A stretch of DNA of 64,000 nucleotides from Ktedonobacterales bacterium (GCA_035716045.1 DASTKI010000157.1:11341-75340), one strand, 5' to 3'; shown: positions 18,994-30,253, counted from the stretch's first letter. The notes: generated by a model not told the origin, from the letters alone. A program made the numbers and translations.

Positions 18994-20052
18994 ATGCGGG
19001 TTCTGGTGATTGGAGGGGTGAGCTTCATCGGGCTTGCCGTCACCCGCGAGTTGCTGGCGGGCGGCCACGAGGTCGCGGTCTACCATCGCGGGCGGGCGGA
19101 GCCTGAGGACCTGACGGACCTGAAGGAAGCGCGCGGCGCCACGCATCTCCAGCACATCCATGCCGACCGGGACGACCTGGAGGCCATGCGGCCCCAGATC
19201 ATGGCGTTTGATCCCGAGGTCGCGATCCACATGCTTGCGATGACTGAGGCGCAGGCCACGGCGTTCACGCGGACGCTGCGCGGGATTGCCAGCCGCGCTG
19301 TGGTCATCTCCAGTCAGGATGTCTACCGCGCCTACGGACGGCTGATTGGCGTCGAGCCTGGGCCGCCAGATGCGACGCCGCTGACTGAGGACGCGCCGCT
19401 GCGCGAGCGGCTCTATCCCTACCGGAGTGAGCCACCGCGCGCGGCGGATGACCCGGCGCACTGGACGGATGAGTACGACAAGATTCTGGTCGAGCGGGCG
19501 GTGATGTCCGAGCCGGAGCTGCCCTGCGTCGTCATTCGCCTTCCCGCGGTGTATGGCCCGAATGACCGGCAGCGCCGCTTCCGCCCGTGGCTCAAGCGGA
19601 TGGATGACGGGCGGCCCGCCATCCTGCTGGATGCCGCTGAGGCGCGCTGGCGCTGGACGTATGGCTATGTGGAGGATGTGGCGCACGCTATTGTTCTGGC
19701 GGCGCTGGACCCGCGCTCCGCTGGCCACATCTACAACGTCGGCGAGCGCGATGCGCTCTCGCTGGAGGAGCGCGTGCGGGCGGTCGCCCAGGCCGCGGGC
19801 TGGTGGGGTCGCATCGCGCTCGCGCCGCCGGGCGCGCTGCCCGAGCGGCTGCGGGCTGGAGTTGCGACGGAGCAAGACCTCGTCACCGAGAGCGGCCGCA
19901 TCCGGGCGGAGCTAGGATATGCGGAGCCGACGCCGCTCGCGGAGACCTACGCCCGCGCCGTCGCCTGGGAGCGCGCGAACCCGCCAGAGACCGATGATCC
20001 CGCTGACTTTGATTACGAGGAAGAAGACCGGCTGCTGGCGGACCTGGGTTGA
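18994..20052 (+). CDS. NAD-dependent epimerase/dehydratase family protein
   Basis: MRVLVIGGVSFIGLAVTRELLAGGHEV Rossmann motif. A tandem GAGGAGG RBS lies upstream of ATG 18994. Confidence 0.8.
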   Translation: MRVLVIGGVSFIGLAVTRELLAGGHEVAVYHRGRAEPEDLTDLKEARGATHLQHIHADRDDLEAMRPQIMAFDPEVAIHMLAMTEAQATAFTRTLRGIASRAVVISSQDVYRAYGRLIGVEPGPPDATPLTEDAPLRERLYPYRSEPPRAADDPAHWTDEYDKILVERAVMSEPELPCVVIRLPAVYGPNDRQRRFRPWLKRMDDGRPAILLDAAEARWRWTYGYVEDVAHAIVLAALDPRSAGHIYNVGERDALSLEERVRAVAQAAGWWGRIALAPPGALPERLRAGVATEQDLVTESGRIRAELGYAEPTPLAETYARAVAWERANPPETDDPADFDYEEEDRLLADLG

Positions 20053-20067
20053 GGCTCACGCGCTGGG

Positions 20068-21372
20068 TTAGCGGTAGACGTAATACCAATAGAAGGGGAC
20101 GACGATCTTCGCCCGAGCGTATCCTGAGGCGGTCATGTCCTCGAAGCTGACAGTGATGTCAGCGTCGTGCGCGGCGCGGAATGCCGTGTCCGAGATGGGA
20201 ATGAGATCGGCGGTTAGCTCGCCTGACGCGCTCAGGCGCCCGCCATCTACTGTGAACTCCACGACATCGCCGATACCGTTGGCGTAGGAGCCCGCCATGC
20301 GTGCGAGCGCGCTGGCTTCGATGCTGGGCGTATGTTCCGGCATTGGGGGCTCAGGAAGGTCGAGCAGCAGACCGGCGATAGGTCGCGCCAGCAGTCTAGC
20401 GGCATCAAAGAGCCCCCAGTTCGAGAGGATGATGATCGTCAGGTCGTCTTCGACGAAGCGCCCGAGGAACGCCGAATAGCCTGGCACGCTGCCCGCGTGA
20501 CGGACTACCGGGCGGCCACGGAACCGCGAGAGCCCCCAGCCCAGGCCATAGCCTTCGTGTCGCGCGTCATTGAGCGTCAGCGGCCGCTCCATGCGCGCCA
20601 GCGTCTCACGATCGAGCAGGCGCGCGTCGCGCAGGGCAGCGTCCCAGCGCGCCAGGTCCTCAACGGTAGAATGGATCGCCCCAGCGGAGTAGACCAGGGT
20701 TTCGCTCACATGGGGCCGGAAACCGGCGATGCGCCACTCCATCTCGTAGCCCATAGCGAGACGCGGGATGACGCGATTACGGCTGAGATAGCCCGACGAT
20801 GCCATGCCCAGCGGCTCGAAGATGCGCTCGCGCACGAAGTCCGCGTACGGCATGCCAGCGACGCGCTCGATCACCATGCCGAGCAGGCAGTAGCCGGAGT
20901 TGCTGTAGCGGTAGCGCTCGCCAGGCGCGAAATCGAGCGGCAGCGGCTCGAACAGCGCGCGAAGCTGGAGATGGTCGTGATCGAGCGGGGCGACGCGCTC
21001 CCAGAATCCGGGACGGGTAATGAAGTTGGGGATGCCGGAGGTGTGGGTGAGCAGGTGGGTGAGGGTGATCGTCGCGCCGTGGGTGTCGTAATCGGGCAGG
21101 TAGTCGGTGATCGGCGCGGCGGTGGCGAGCAGCCCGTCGCGCTCCAGCAGCATGATGGCGGTGGCGGTGAAGGGCTTGGTCGTGGAGCCGATGCCGAACA
21201 CGGTATCGGGGCCGACAGGCTGGCTCCATTCCAGGCTCGCCATGCCGTACCCGGCGCTGTGGATGACTTGACCGCCCTGTATGACCGCGACGGCGGCGCC
21301 TGGGCCATCTGGTGGGATGCGCTCTTGAATGATGTGATCGAGTGACTCCAGTCGCGGCGCGGCGGTTACCAT
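20068..21372 (-). CDS. serine hydrolase, beta-lactamase/transpeptidase-like (class C-type)
   Basis: The SxxK motif is present (GSTTKPFTA), plus YSNSGY. It is about 434 aa from ATG 21372 (GAGAGGAG RBS). Confidence 0.85.
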   Translation of the reverse strand: MVTAAPRLESLDHIIQERIPPDGPGAAVAVIQGGQVIHSAGYGMASLEWSQPVGPDTVFGIGSTTKPFTATAIMLLERDGLLATAAPITDYLPDYDTHGATITLTHLLTHTSGIPNFITRPGFWERVAPLDHDHLQLRALFEPLPLDFAPGERYRYSNSGYCLLGMVIERVAGMPYADFVRERIFEPLGMASSGYLSRNRVIPRLAMGYEMEWRIAGFRPHVSETLVYSAGAIHSTVEDLARWDAALRDARLLDRETLARMERPLTLNDARHEGYGLGWGLSRFRGRPVVRHAGSVPGYSAFLGRFVEDDLTIIILSNWGLFDAARLLARPIAGLLLDLPEPPMPEHTPSIEASALARMAGSYANGIGDVVEFTVDGGRLSASGELTADLIPISDTAFRAAHDADITVSFEDMTASGYARAKIVVPFYWYYVYR

Positions 21373-21753
21373 GCGCCAGCTCCTCTCTAACACGAACACG
21401 CGCCCGTTTTAGGAATCAGGCGCTCGGGCGGGCACAGGACTGAGTATATGTCCACACTGGCCGCAAAACATCGGACGCCCGCCCGATTTATTTTTCGCCC
21501 GGTGGATGTATACTGAAGCTAGTGAGCGCAACGGCGCTTTAATAGCTCGCTTGCTTTGAGACGCCAGGTGTTCCGACGATGGAATTGGAGGTGTCCACTA
21601 GGATGTGGCGCCTTGTGTGCGTGCGGCGGTCTGCGCTGCGAGTCCGTGTGCCGGTGGTCGCTCCCTGATAGCCGATTTCGCCTTGTTGAGGCGCCTGCGT
21701 TGCGAAGTCTGCATATGAGCCGTCTTATTCCAGTGAGTGGGCGCGACCGGCGC

Positions 21754-21779
21754 GGAACATGGGCGCGGTCGCGCGCGTC
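21754..21779 (+). promoter_or_regulatory. candidate ECF-type promoter GGAAC-N17-CGTC upstream of the sigma-factor gene
   Basis: GGAAC at 21754-21758 and CGTC at 21776-21779 with a 17-nt spacer, about 135 nt upstream of ATG 21914. It matches the generic ECF -35/-10 pattern and overlaps a 9-bp hairpin (GCGCGACCG...CGGTCGCGC). Confidence 0.35.
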
Positions 21780-21913
21780 ATTCACGAGGGCGTGAGTGGG
21801 GGAGTCTGACGCCGATAGTCGGGGCGAGATGAGCGAGCGAAGCGCGCAATCGGTGAGACATATGGGCGGAGCCAGCCGGCGAATGGGTGTCCGCAGGGGA
21901 AGGCAGGCGGCAT

Positions 21914-23911
21914 ATGGTCTGGAGGGATTCGTTTCCGCCAGCGAGCGAGCAGGCGCTCGACGCCGAAACGGAACGCGAGCGGCGGCTCGCCGCGCAGGCG
22001 CGCGCTGGAGCGGATTGGGCGCTGACAGCGCTGATCGCACGGTATCAGCCCGCCGTCACTCGCTATCTGACTCGCCTTTGCGGGGATCATGGCCACGCAC
22101 GCGAGCTGGCGGAGCGCGTCTTCGAGCGTATGGAGCGGCGCTTGCATGGGCCACATGGCGCGGAGAATCTGCGGTTATGGCTGCTGCGTGCTTCAACCGA
22201 GGCCGGGCTGGAGACGCTGCGCCACCCGCGGCCGGGGCAGCGGCCCCCGCGCCTGGACGCGGCGCGGGTCGCTGGGCTGCTCCCTCAGGAATCTGGGGCG
22301 GCGCCCCAGCGTACGCTGCGAGGTGGGATTGGCCGACTGCGGAATGTGGTAGGCTCCGTCAACCGCCAGGCCCGCCCTCTCGTCTGGCAAACGCCAGACG
22401 CGCCGCCTCGCCCTGCTGCCAACCAGAGCGAGCCAGAGCGCGTGCCGACTGAGGCGACAGAGCCCAATCCGGGTGATGACACGCCCGATATCCTTGACCC
22501 TCGCGAAGCGCTGCGCCATCGCCTGGTGCGCCTTACCCTGGCTGAGTTGCCGTACGGCGACGCGCAGTGTCTCGCGCTGCATCTCGTAGCTGGGCTGAAT
22601 CAGGCCGAAGTGGCGCGCGCGTTGGGCATTACGGGCTCAGCCGCGCGTAAGCGCATTGTGCATGGGCTGGCGCAGTTCTCTCAGAGCTATCAGGCGGCGG
22701 TGCAATCTCTTGGGCTCCCAGAGGAGTTGGGGTATGGCGACGCGCTGCCGCGGCGGATCGAAGAGGAGGGCCCCGTCCCGATTCCAGAGCCGGAGCCAGT
22801 CATCGTGCCAGAGACGCCAGAGGAAATGGCGGCCGAGATGATGACGCCCGCGCCAGCTACTACGCCGCTTTTGGTGGATTCGCTCGATGACAAGGGCGAG
22901 CGCGTGGGCGGCGTCGCCTACTACGAGGACGAGATGGCTGGCGAGCGCCCCTCATATCCTGAGAGCCGATCCGCGTCTCCCTATCGCGGATCGGATGATG
23001 ATGTGGAGCTCGATTCGTCCCACGTAGGGCTCGATGCGGACGCCGCTGCGCCAGCGGATGACTCCGGCATGCCGCCGTACGCTTCGTCCCCGCGCACGCC
23101 GCCGATAGAGGATGAGCCAGAGCCGACGCTAGCTTCTATGAATACAGAGCAAGTGGAGACGGGGGATACCGATGAGCCAGGCGTGCCGTATACGCGCGCT
23201 GGCGTCGTCACACGCATCGCCGCCGACGCGATCGTCGGCCCGGTGGTAGACGCCCTTCCGGTTCACTCGGAGCCGCTAGCGATGTCGCCGGGATTGGGCT
23301 CACCCAGCCCACGCTCGACGCCACTGGTCTACGAGCTGGAGTCGGGAGACACTGAGACGGGGAACGCTGGAGCGAGCGGCATCACGATGAACTGGATTGA
23401 CTCTGCCGGGATGATGGCGCCCCTCAGCTTCGAGGCGATCATCGCTACCGCTCCAACGGACGCTGAGGATGCGGGGGACGGCGATATGTGGGAGCGCTCG
23501 ATGGTCTTGGACCTGGAGGCGCCCATCGAGCAGGAAGTCGCCTCTACGCCAGTCGCGGAGGACGACGTCGATTTCGGGGATGATAACGGGGATGCGCCGC
23601 CTGCTGATCTGGCCCGAGGGGCGCTTGATGCCTCTCCACCGCTCGATTTGAGCATCGCGCTGACAGAGGGCGACTATGGTTGGACTAGTTGGGAGCGCTC
23701 GCGCCAGGATATGGCAATACCAGAGCCGAGTGGCGACTCACTGGCCTACGAGATGCGTATACCAGCCGGACAGACGCCAGGGATCCTCAGCGCCCAACCG
23801 TCCTTTGACGACATGCCCGATCGCGCAGGCGTTGAGCCACGCCCAACTCCGCCGTCCGCCCAGACGCTTGAAGACCTGTGGGATGAGACGCCCGACGCGC
23901 ACGGTCGCTAG
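21914..23911 (+). CDS. ECF-like sigma-70 family factor with long acidic C-terminal extension
   Basis: Sigma region 2-like: ALTALIARYQPAVTRYLTRLCGDHGHARELAERVF. Region 4 HTH: LAELPYGDAQCLALHLVAGLNQAEVARALGITGSAARKRIVHGL. A D/E/P-rich tail of about 400 aa follows. Start is ATG 21914 (or GTG 21887). Confidence 0.7.
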   Translation: MVWRDSFPPASEQALDAETERERRLAAQARAGADWALTALIARYQPAVTRYLTRLCGDHGHARELAERVFERMERRLHGPHGAENLRLWLLRASTEAGLETLRHPRPGQRPPRLDAARVAGLLPQESGAAPQRTLRGGIGRLRNVVGSVNRQARPLVWQTPDAPPRPAANQSEPERVPTEATEPNPGDDTPDILDPREALRHRLVRLTLAELPYGDAQCLALHLVAGLNQAEVARALGITGSAARKRIVHGLAQFSQSYQAAVQSLGLPEELGYGDALPRRIEEEGPVPIPEPEPVIVPETPEEMAAEMMTPAPATTPLLVDSLDDKGERVGGVAYYEDEMAGERPSYPESRSASPYRGSDDDVELDSSHVGLDADAAAPADDSGMPPYASSPRTPPIEDEPEPTLASMNTEQVETGDTDEPGVPYTRAGVVTRIAADAIVGPVVDALPVHSEPLAMSPGLGSPSPRSTPLVYELESGDTETGNAGASGITMNWIDSAGMMAPLSFEAIIATAPTDAEDAGDGDMWERSMVLDLEAPIEQEVASTPVAEDDVDFGDDNGDAPPADLARGALDASPPLDLSIALTEGDYGWTSWERSRQDMAIPEPSGDSLAYEMRIPAGQTPGILSAQPSFDDMPDRAGVEPRPTPPSAQTLEDLWDETPDAHGR

Positions 23912-24009
23912 CGCTATGATTCGCTCTGATTCGTTCACGCCGCTCGCCAGTCGTGCGATCGCTCGCTGGCGAGCCACGTTCAGATGTCCAGGTGAGGAGT
24001 GTGGTAAGG

Positions 24010-25719
24010 ATGCCGGAGACTGAGCTGCCGTTCACGCGGATGAGTCGTGTGACCACCCGCCGGGGCACCCTGCGCCAGCTCAACTGCCCGCTCGAGCCCG
24101 AACTGCTGGTCGCCGAGTTCTCGGATGAGCTGCCTCCCGATGTGGCGGTGGCCGTGCGCGAGCATATGGCGGTCTGCGAGATTTGCGGCGCGCGCGCCCA
24201 GGAGCTGCGCACTCCATACGTCCTGCTGTCATCGCTCGGCAGCGCGCCGGCGCCTTACGTGCCAGACCTGCGCGAGCCCGTGCGCGTAAAGGCCGCGCGC
24301 ACCGAGCGCTATCTGCGGCCGTTGCGGGCGCTGGGCACGTTGGGGCGCTTTGGCGCGGTCGCGACCGTGCTGGCGGTCATCACGCTGGTGGTCGCGGTCA
24401 TGGGCGTGGGCGGCCTGGCGCGCTCGCTCGGCGTCTTCACGGTGCAGCGGACCACCAACCAGCTCCAGCATGTGCCGCCGGCTGCCCCCGAAGGCGCGCT
24501 GCTCGCCGAGACCGACAAGCTGGTCACAGTGACCACCGCCCAGGGCCAGAGCCAGCAGGTGGCGGAGGTCATCGTGGTGGACCAGCGGACCGGACAGGTC
24601 GTCCGCTCGCTGCCCGCCTCCAGCGCCGCGCTGCACGCCGCCAGCCTCGCCACCCTGCCGGTCGCCGTCGTCACCGATGGCCAGATGGTCTACGAGCTCA
24701 CGCCCGGGCAGCATGGCAGCGCCCAGGCGCTCGTCGGGTTCGATGTCCGCTCCGGCGCCACGCGATTCATCACTCCGCTCACGCTGCCGGGCGGGCAGGC
24801 GCTGCCGGGCGACATCAGCGCCGTCTCGCTGGCGCTCGCGCCCGATGGCGCGACCGCCTACATTGGCCTGAGCGGCCCGGACGGCGCGCTGCGCGGCCCG
24901 CGCGCGCTGGTTCTCTCCACCCGCGCCGGTCAGATCACCGGCTCCCTGCGCGTCACCACCCCCAACCAGGTCCCGCTGCCCACCCCGCCCGGCAGCCTGC
25001 CGTCCTCCGCCTTCCCCGACGTCGTCCCCGTCATCTCGGTGAGCGGCCTGCGGCAGGTCGCGGCGGCCGGCGGCGCGCTCGCCGTCGCCCCCGATGGCCA
25101 GGCGCTCTTCGACGCCGTGCTGGCCAGCGACGCCAGCGGCGTGCGCTACGCCATCATCCGCCGCATCGCCCTGCCCTCAGGCCAGGTCACCGCCCTCGGC
25201 CTGCCCGCCAGCCCGCCCAGCCAGGGGAACTTCACCGCCACCCAGCTCGCCGCCAGCGCCTCGCCGTCGGCGCTTCAGGTGTATCTGGTCACCGGCAGCC
25301 CGCAGGCGACCGTCTACGTGCTCGACGCCTCAGCCCAGGGGCCCGCCCTCCTCGGGCAGATCGGCCTGGGTGGCCCGGCGGCCCCCGCCACCACCCGCCT
25401 GAACGATGCCCTCGCCATCAGTCCAGCGGCCAACGGCGCCCGCCTCTACGTCACCCAGGACGCCGCCTCGGACGACGGCGTGATCGTCGCCCACAGCCGC
25501 TGGCTGGTGGACACGCAGGGCATGGGCGTCCTGGCCAGCGGGACCGACCCCGCGGCGGCCGGCGCGCTGCTGGGCAACACCGCCTGGCAGGGCAAAACGT
25601 TCGCCCTCATCCACGGGCGGGTGGCCATCGGCGCGCCTGACCTCAGCTCCGACTGGACGCCCTGGCTGCAACCCGCCGACGACACCCCGATCATCCGCCT
25701 GCTCGCCACCACGGCGTGA
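24010..25719 (+). CDS. anti-sigma factor (zf-HC2) with single TM and large extracytoplasmic beta-propeller-like domain
   Basis: H-x3-C-x2-C motif (EHMAVCEICG) and a TM helix (FGAVATVLAVITLVVAVMGVGGL). Repeats such as LAPDGATAYIG, VAPDGQALF and NGARLYVTQ resemble YVTN/lactonase-type repeats. It lies immediately downstream of the sigma gene. Confidence 0.65.
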   Translation: MPETELPFTRMSRVTTRRGTLRQLNCPLEPELLVAEFSDELPPDVAVAVREHMAVCEICGARAQELRTPYVLLSSLGSAPAPYVPDLREPVRVKAARTERYLRPLRALGTLGRFGAVATVLAVITLVVAVMGVGGLARSLGVFTVQRTTNQLQHVPPAAPEGALLAETDKLVTVTTAQGQSQQVAEVIVVDQRTGQVVRSLPASSAALHAASLATLPVAVVTDGQMVYELTPGQHGSAQALVGFDVRSGATRFITPLTLPGGQALPGDISAVSLALAPDGATAYIGLSGPDGALRGPRALVLSTRAGQITGSLRVTTPNQVPLPTPPGSLPSSAFPDVVPVISVSGLRQVAAAGGALAVAPDGQALFDAVLASDASGVRYAIIRRIALPSGQVTALGLPASPPSQGNFTATQLAASASPSALQVYLVTGSPQATVYVLDASAQGPALLGQIGLGGPAAPATTRLNDALAISPAANGARLYVTQDAASDDGVIVAHSRWLVDTQGMGVLASGTDPAAAGALLGNTAWQGKTFALIHGRVAIGAPDLSSDWTPWLQPADDTPIIRLLATTA

Positions 25720-25825
25720 GCGCCGGAGCGCCGGAGCCGCGCGCACGCCGGAGGGTCGCCGCGATGGAGGCGCTGTGGGGAGGCACGGAGGCGCGCGGGC
25801 GTGTGCGCGCGGCCCGCCTGGGCGA

Positions 25826-27130
25826 TCACACGTCCGTTCTTCGCCCGGGATCGCCGCCGGGATCGCCGCCGGAATTGTCGGCGGGATCGCTGGGGCGCGC
25901 TGTGGGACGCGTCAGCACGCGGCGCGGCTTGCGGCGGTAGTGCGCCAACCCATGCAGTTGATAGAGCGCCTGGATGATCGCTTCCTCGTTCCAGCGGGAG
26001 TTCCGCGGCGGCGGCTGGCCCAGGTTATCCACAATGCCATCGCTGCCGGTGAGCGCGACGAGCGCGGTGGCGGCGCCCTGCGCCATCGCCGGCAGATCGT
26101 AGCCGCCCTCCTGGACCACGACCAGCCGCCCAGCGCAGTAGGCGTCGGCGAGCTCGATCACCTCCAGCGTCAGGTCGGAGAAATCAGCGGTCGAGAGCAG
26201 CATCTCGCCCAGTGGGTCGCGCCAGTGGGCGTCGAAGCCAGCCGAGAGCAGGATCAGATCGGGCCGCAGGCGGTCGGCCACCGGCCAGAGGACCTGGCGG
26301 AAGACCGCGTCGTACTCGCTCCAACCCGACCCGGCCGGCAGCGGCACATTGATCGTCGCCCCCAGCCCCGCCCCCGCGCCGCGCTCGCCCGACGCCCCGG
26401 TTCCCGGATACCAGGGATACTGGTGCGTCGAAAAATAGACCACCTCGGGATCATCGTAGAACGCCTCTTCAGTCCCATTGCCATGGTGCACGTCGTAGTC
26501 CACGATCAGCACCTTGCGCCAGTCATAGCGGTTCTGGGCGTAGCGCGCGGCGATGGCGACGTTGTTGAAGACGCAGAACCCCATCCCGCCGCGCGGGCGG
26601 GCGTGATGGCCCGGCGGCCGCACCAGCGCGTAGGCGTTGCGCGCGCGCCCTTCGGCGATGGCGTCCAGCCCCGCAAGCGGCGCGCCCGCAGCCAGCAGCG
26701 CCGCATCCCAGCTGCCAGCGGAGACGAAGACTTCACTTGCCACCTCGCGCGAACCGTGCTCGCCATTCTCCTCATCCGCCTTCGCCTGCGCCTTGACCGC
26801 GCGCTCCACCTTGCGCATGTAGCCCAGGTCATGAATGGAGGCGATTTCCAACTCGGTCGCGGGGCGCACCGGCTCGCGCAGCACCAGCTCTCGGGGAATC
26901 GTGCCTTCCGCAATCAGCGCCTCGATCATCTCCATCGCCACGCGTATGCGCTCCGGCTGCTCAGGAAAATCGGGCGGCGGCTGATGTTCGAGGAAGGCGG
27001 CGTCGAAGAGCAGCGCTGTGGGCAGGCGTGGCTCTGGCTTAGAGGCGGGGGTCGCCTTGGTCGCCTTGGACTGGCGCTCGGAAACTGAGGGGGCGCCACT
27101 CTCATGCTCTGGGGCGGGTGTGTTGGCCAT
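25826..27130 (-). CDS. histone deacetylase-family (AcuC/arginase-fold) deacetylase
   Basis: Motifs: [36 protein letters not shown] and EGGY. GGAGG RBS lies upstream of ATG 27130. Both the N- and C-terminal tails are low-complexity. Confidence 0.85.
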   Translation of the reverse strand: MANTPAPEHESGAPSVSERQSKATKATPASKPEPRLPTALLFDAAFLEHQPPPDFPEQPERIRVAMEMIEALIAEGTIPRELVLREPVRPATELEIASIHDLGYMRKVERAVKAQAKADEENGEHGSREVASEVFVSAGSWDAALLAAGAPLAGLDAIAEGRARNAYALVRPPGHHARPRGGMGFCVFNNVAIAARYAQNRYDWRKVLIVDYDVHHGNGTEEAFYDDPEVVYFSTHQYPWYPGTGASGERGAGAGLGATINVPLPAGSGWSEYDAVFRQVLWPVADRLRPDLILLSAGFDAHWRDPLGEMLLSTADFSDLTLEVIELADAYCAGRLVVVQEGGYDLPAMAQGAATALVALTGSDGIVDNLGQPPPRNSRWNEEAIIQALYQLHGLAHYRRKPRRVLTRPTARPSDPADNSGGDPGGDPGRRTDV

Positions 27131-27280
27131 AGCGGCGCCTCCTTCGACGCGATGGTGGATGGTGCAATGGATGAACGGCGCCAGAGGCAAGGTCACAGGC
27201 TGGCGCGTAACCGTAAGAAACACACATATGCGCATGCGCTGTCAAACCGAGGCCGGTGTCTCGTCTTTGAGCAAATGAGG

Positions 27281-27329
27281 TGAAAAGAGCCGCCCCCATG
27301 CTCTGGACAGGGAGCATGGGGGCGGCTCT
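27281..27329 (-). terminator. intrinsic terminator of the clpC-like gene
   Basis: Perfect 17-bp stem AGAGCCGCCCCCATGCT / AGCATGGGGGCGGCTCT (27286-27302 / 27313-27329) with a 10-nt loop. In minus sense it is followed by TTTTCA. It lies about 30 nt after the stop at 27359. Confidence 0.75.
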
Positions 27330-27358
27330 GACTTATCGCTACGCCTGGTCGCGGCGGC

Positions 27359-29665
<2,307 letters not shown>

Positions 29666-29794
29666 CGTACAATGTCCCCCTTTTGCAGGGATTCCGCGCG
29701 CCTCCACACGGTCTCTCGCATCTCCGCGCGCGTCGTCATGGGTTGTGATCAAACTTGTCCCAGGCTTCCACCTGATCGGTGACCGGTGGTCCTG

Positions 29795-29827
29795 TCGGTT
29801 CGCTATCGGTTCGCTATCGGTTCGCTA
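29795..29827. repeat. three perfect tandem copies of an 11-bp unit (TCGGTTCGCTA; minus sense TAGCGAACCGA)
   Basis: Direct reading gives copies at 29795-29805, 29806-29816 and 29817-29827. A degenerate fourth copy (TCGGTTCC) lies at 29832-29839. The array abuts the TAG stop (29825-27) of the TnpA-like gene and lies 130-162 nt upstream of the clpC-like start. Confidence 0.85.
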
Positions 29828-30253
29828 TCGCTCGGTTCCCTCCCCGGTTGAGGTGGGTTGGACCTTGCGCGGACGGCCCGGTCGTCGTCGAGGCGGCAGG
29901 GCCGCCTCGAAGCGGCGCAGGACCTCCTCCGCGGTGAGCTGGTCCCCCGCCATCACCAGATAGGCGCGAGTCCAGAGCGTCGGGATGCGCGTCAGCTCCG
30001 GAAACTCCTCACGCAACGCGCGTGAGGTGCGCGCCTTCACCTGGCAGACGATCCGGTGGGGCGCGGTCGTCGGCGGCGCCGCCGCCGACAGATACACCCG
30101 GTCGGGTCGCACCACGATCGTCAACGGAGCGTATTCCGCCGCGCTGGCGCGCTCCTGCGACTCGAAGATCAGCGCCCGCAGCCGCTCGGCGACCTCGCCG
30201 GTGAGGCAGGGCTTGAAGCGCATGGGCCCCCACACGAAGTGATAGGTGATCAT
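29825..30253 (-). CDS. IS200/IS605-type TnpA (Y1 transposase fold) homologue, catalytic residues lost, C-terminal AT-hook-like tail
   Basis: ITYHFVWGPMRFKPCL...RPDRVYLSAAAPP...KARTSRALREEFPELTRIPTLWTRAYLVMAG...VLRRFEAA aligns by eye with IS608 TnpA (YHIVWCPKYRRKVL...DKDHIHIL...KGRSSRILRQEF...LPTLWTNSCFISTVG...VKQYIENQ). The tail is PPRRRPGRPRK. The start is ATG 30253 (GAGGAG RBS) or ATG 30295. Confidence 0.6.
   Translation of the reverse strand: MITYHFVWGPMRFKPCLTGEVAERLRALIFESQERASAAEYAPLTIVVRPDRVYLSAAAPPTTAPHRIVCQVKARTSRALREEFPELTRIPTLWTRAYLVMAGDQLTAEEVLRRFEAALPPRRRPGRPRKVQPTSTGEGTER

Noticed and set aside
21556-21795. 79-aa Cys/Arg-rich ORF, and a 21-codon ORF at 21603 preceded by GGAGGTG
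   Set aside because: The composition is junk-like for the 79-aa ORF. The 21-codon ORF has an RBS-like element, but nothing else supports it. Neither can be supported without conservation or Ribo-seq data.
24183-25640. 485-aa Arg/Pro/Ala-rich ORF on the plus strand
   Set aside because: It is an alternative frame of the anti-sigma gene (24010-25719). Its composition (R, P, A, G runs) is typical of off-frame translation of GC-rich coding DNA. It has no motifs and no RBS.
25845-25892. 12-bp periodic repeat GGGATCGCCGCC x2 (degenerate x4)
   Set aside because: It lies inside the HDAC-family CDS and encodes its low-complexity C-terminal tail ([16 protein letters not shown]). I take it as coding slippage, not a regulatory element.
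25775-27088. 437-aa plus-strand ORF
   Set aside because: It is antisense shadow of the HDAC-family gene, which carries unambiguous catalytic motifs on the minus strand.
29795-29839. Tandem repeat considered as a mini CRISPR array or IS terminal repeat
   Set aside because: The units are only 11 bp and contiguous, with no spacers. No cas genes are present. They are direct repeats, not the subterminal hairpins expected for IS200/IS605 ends.
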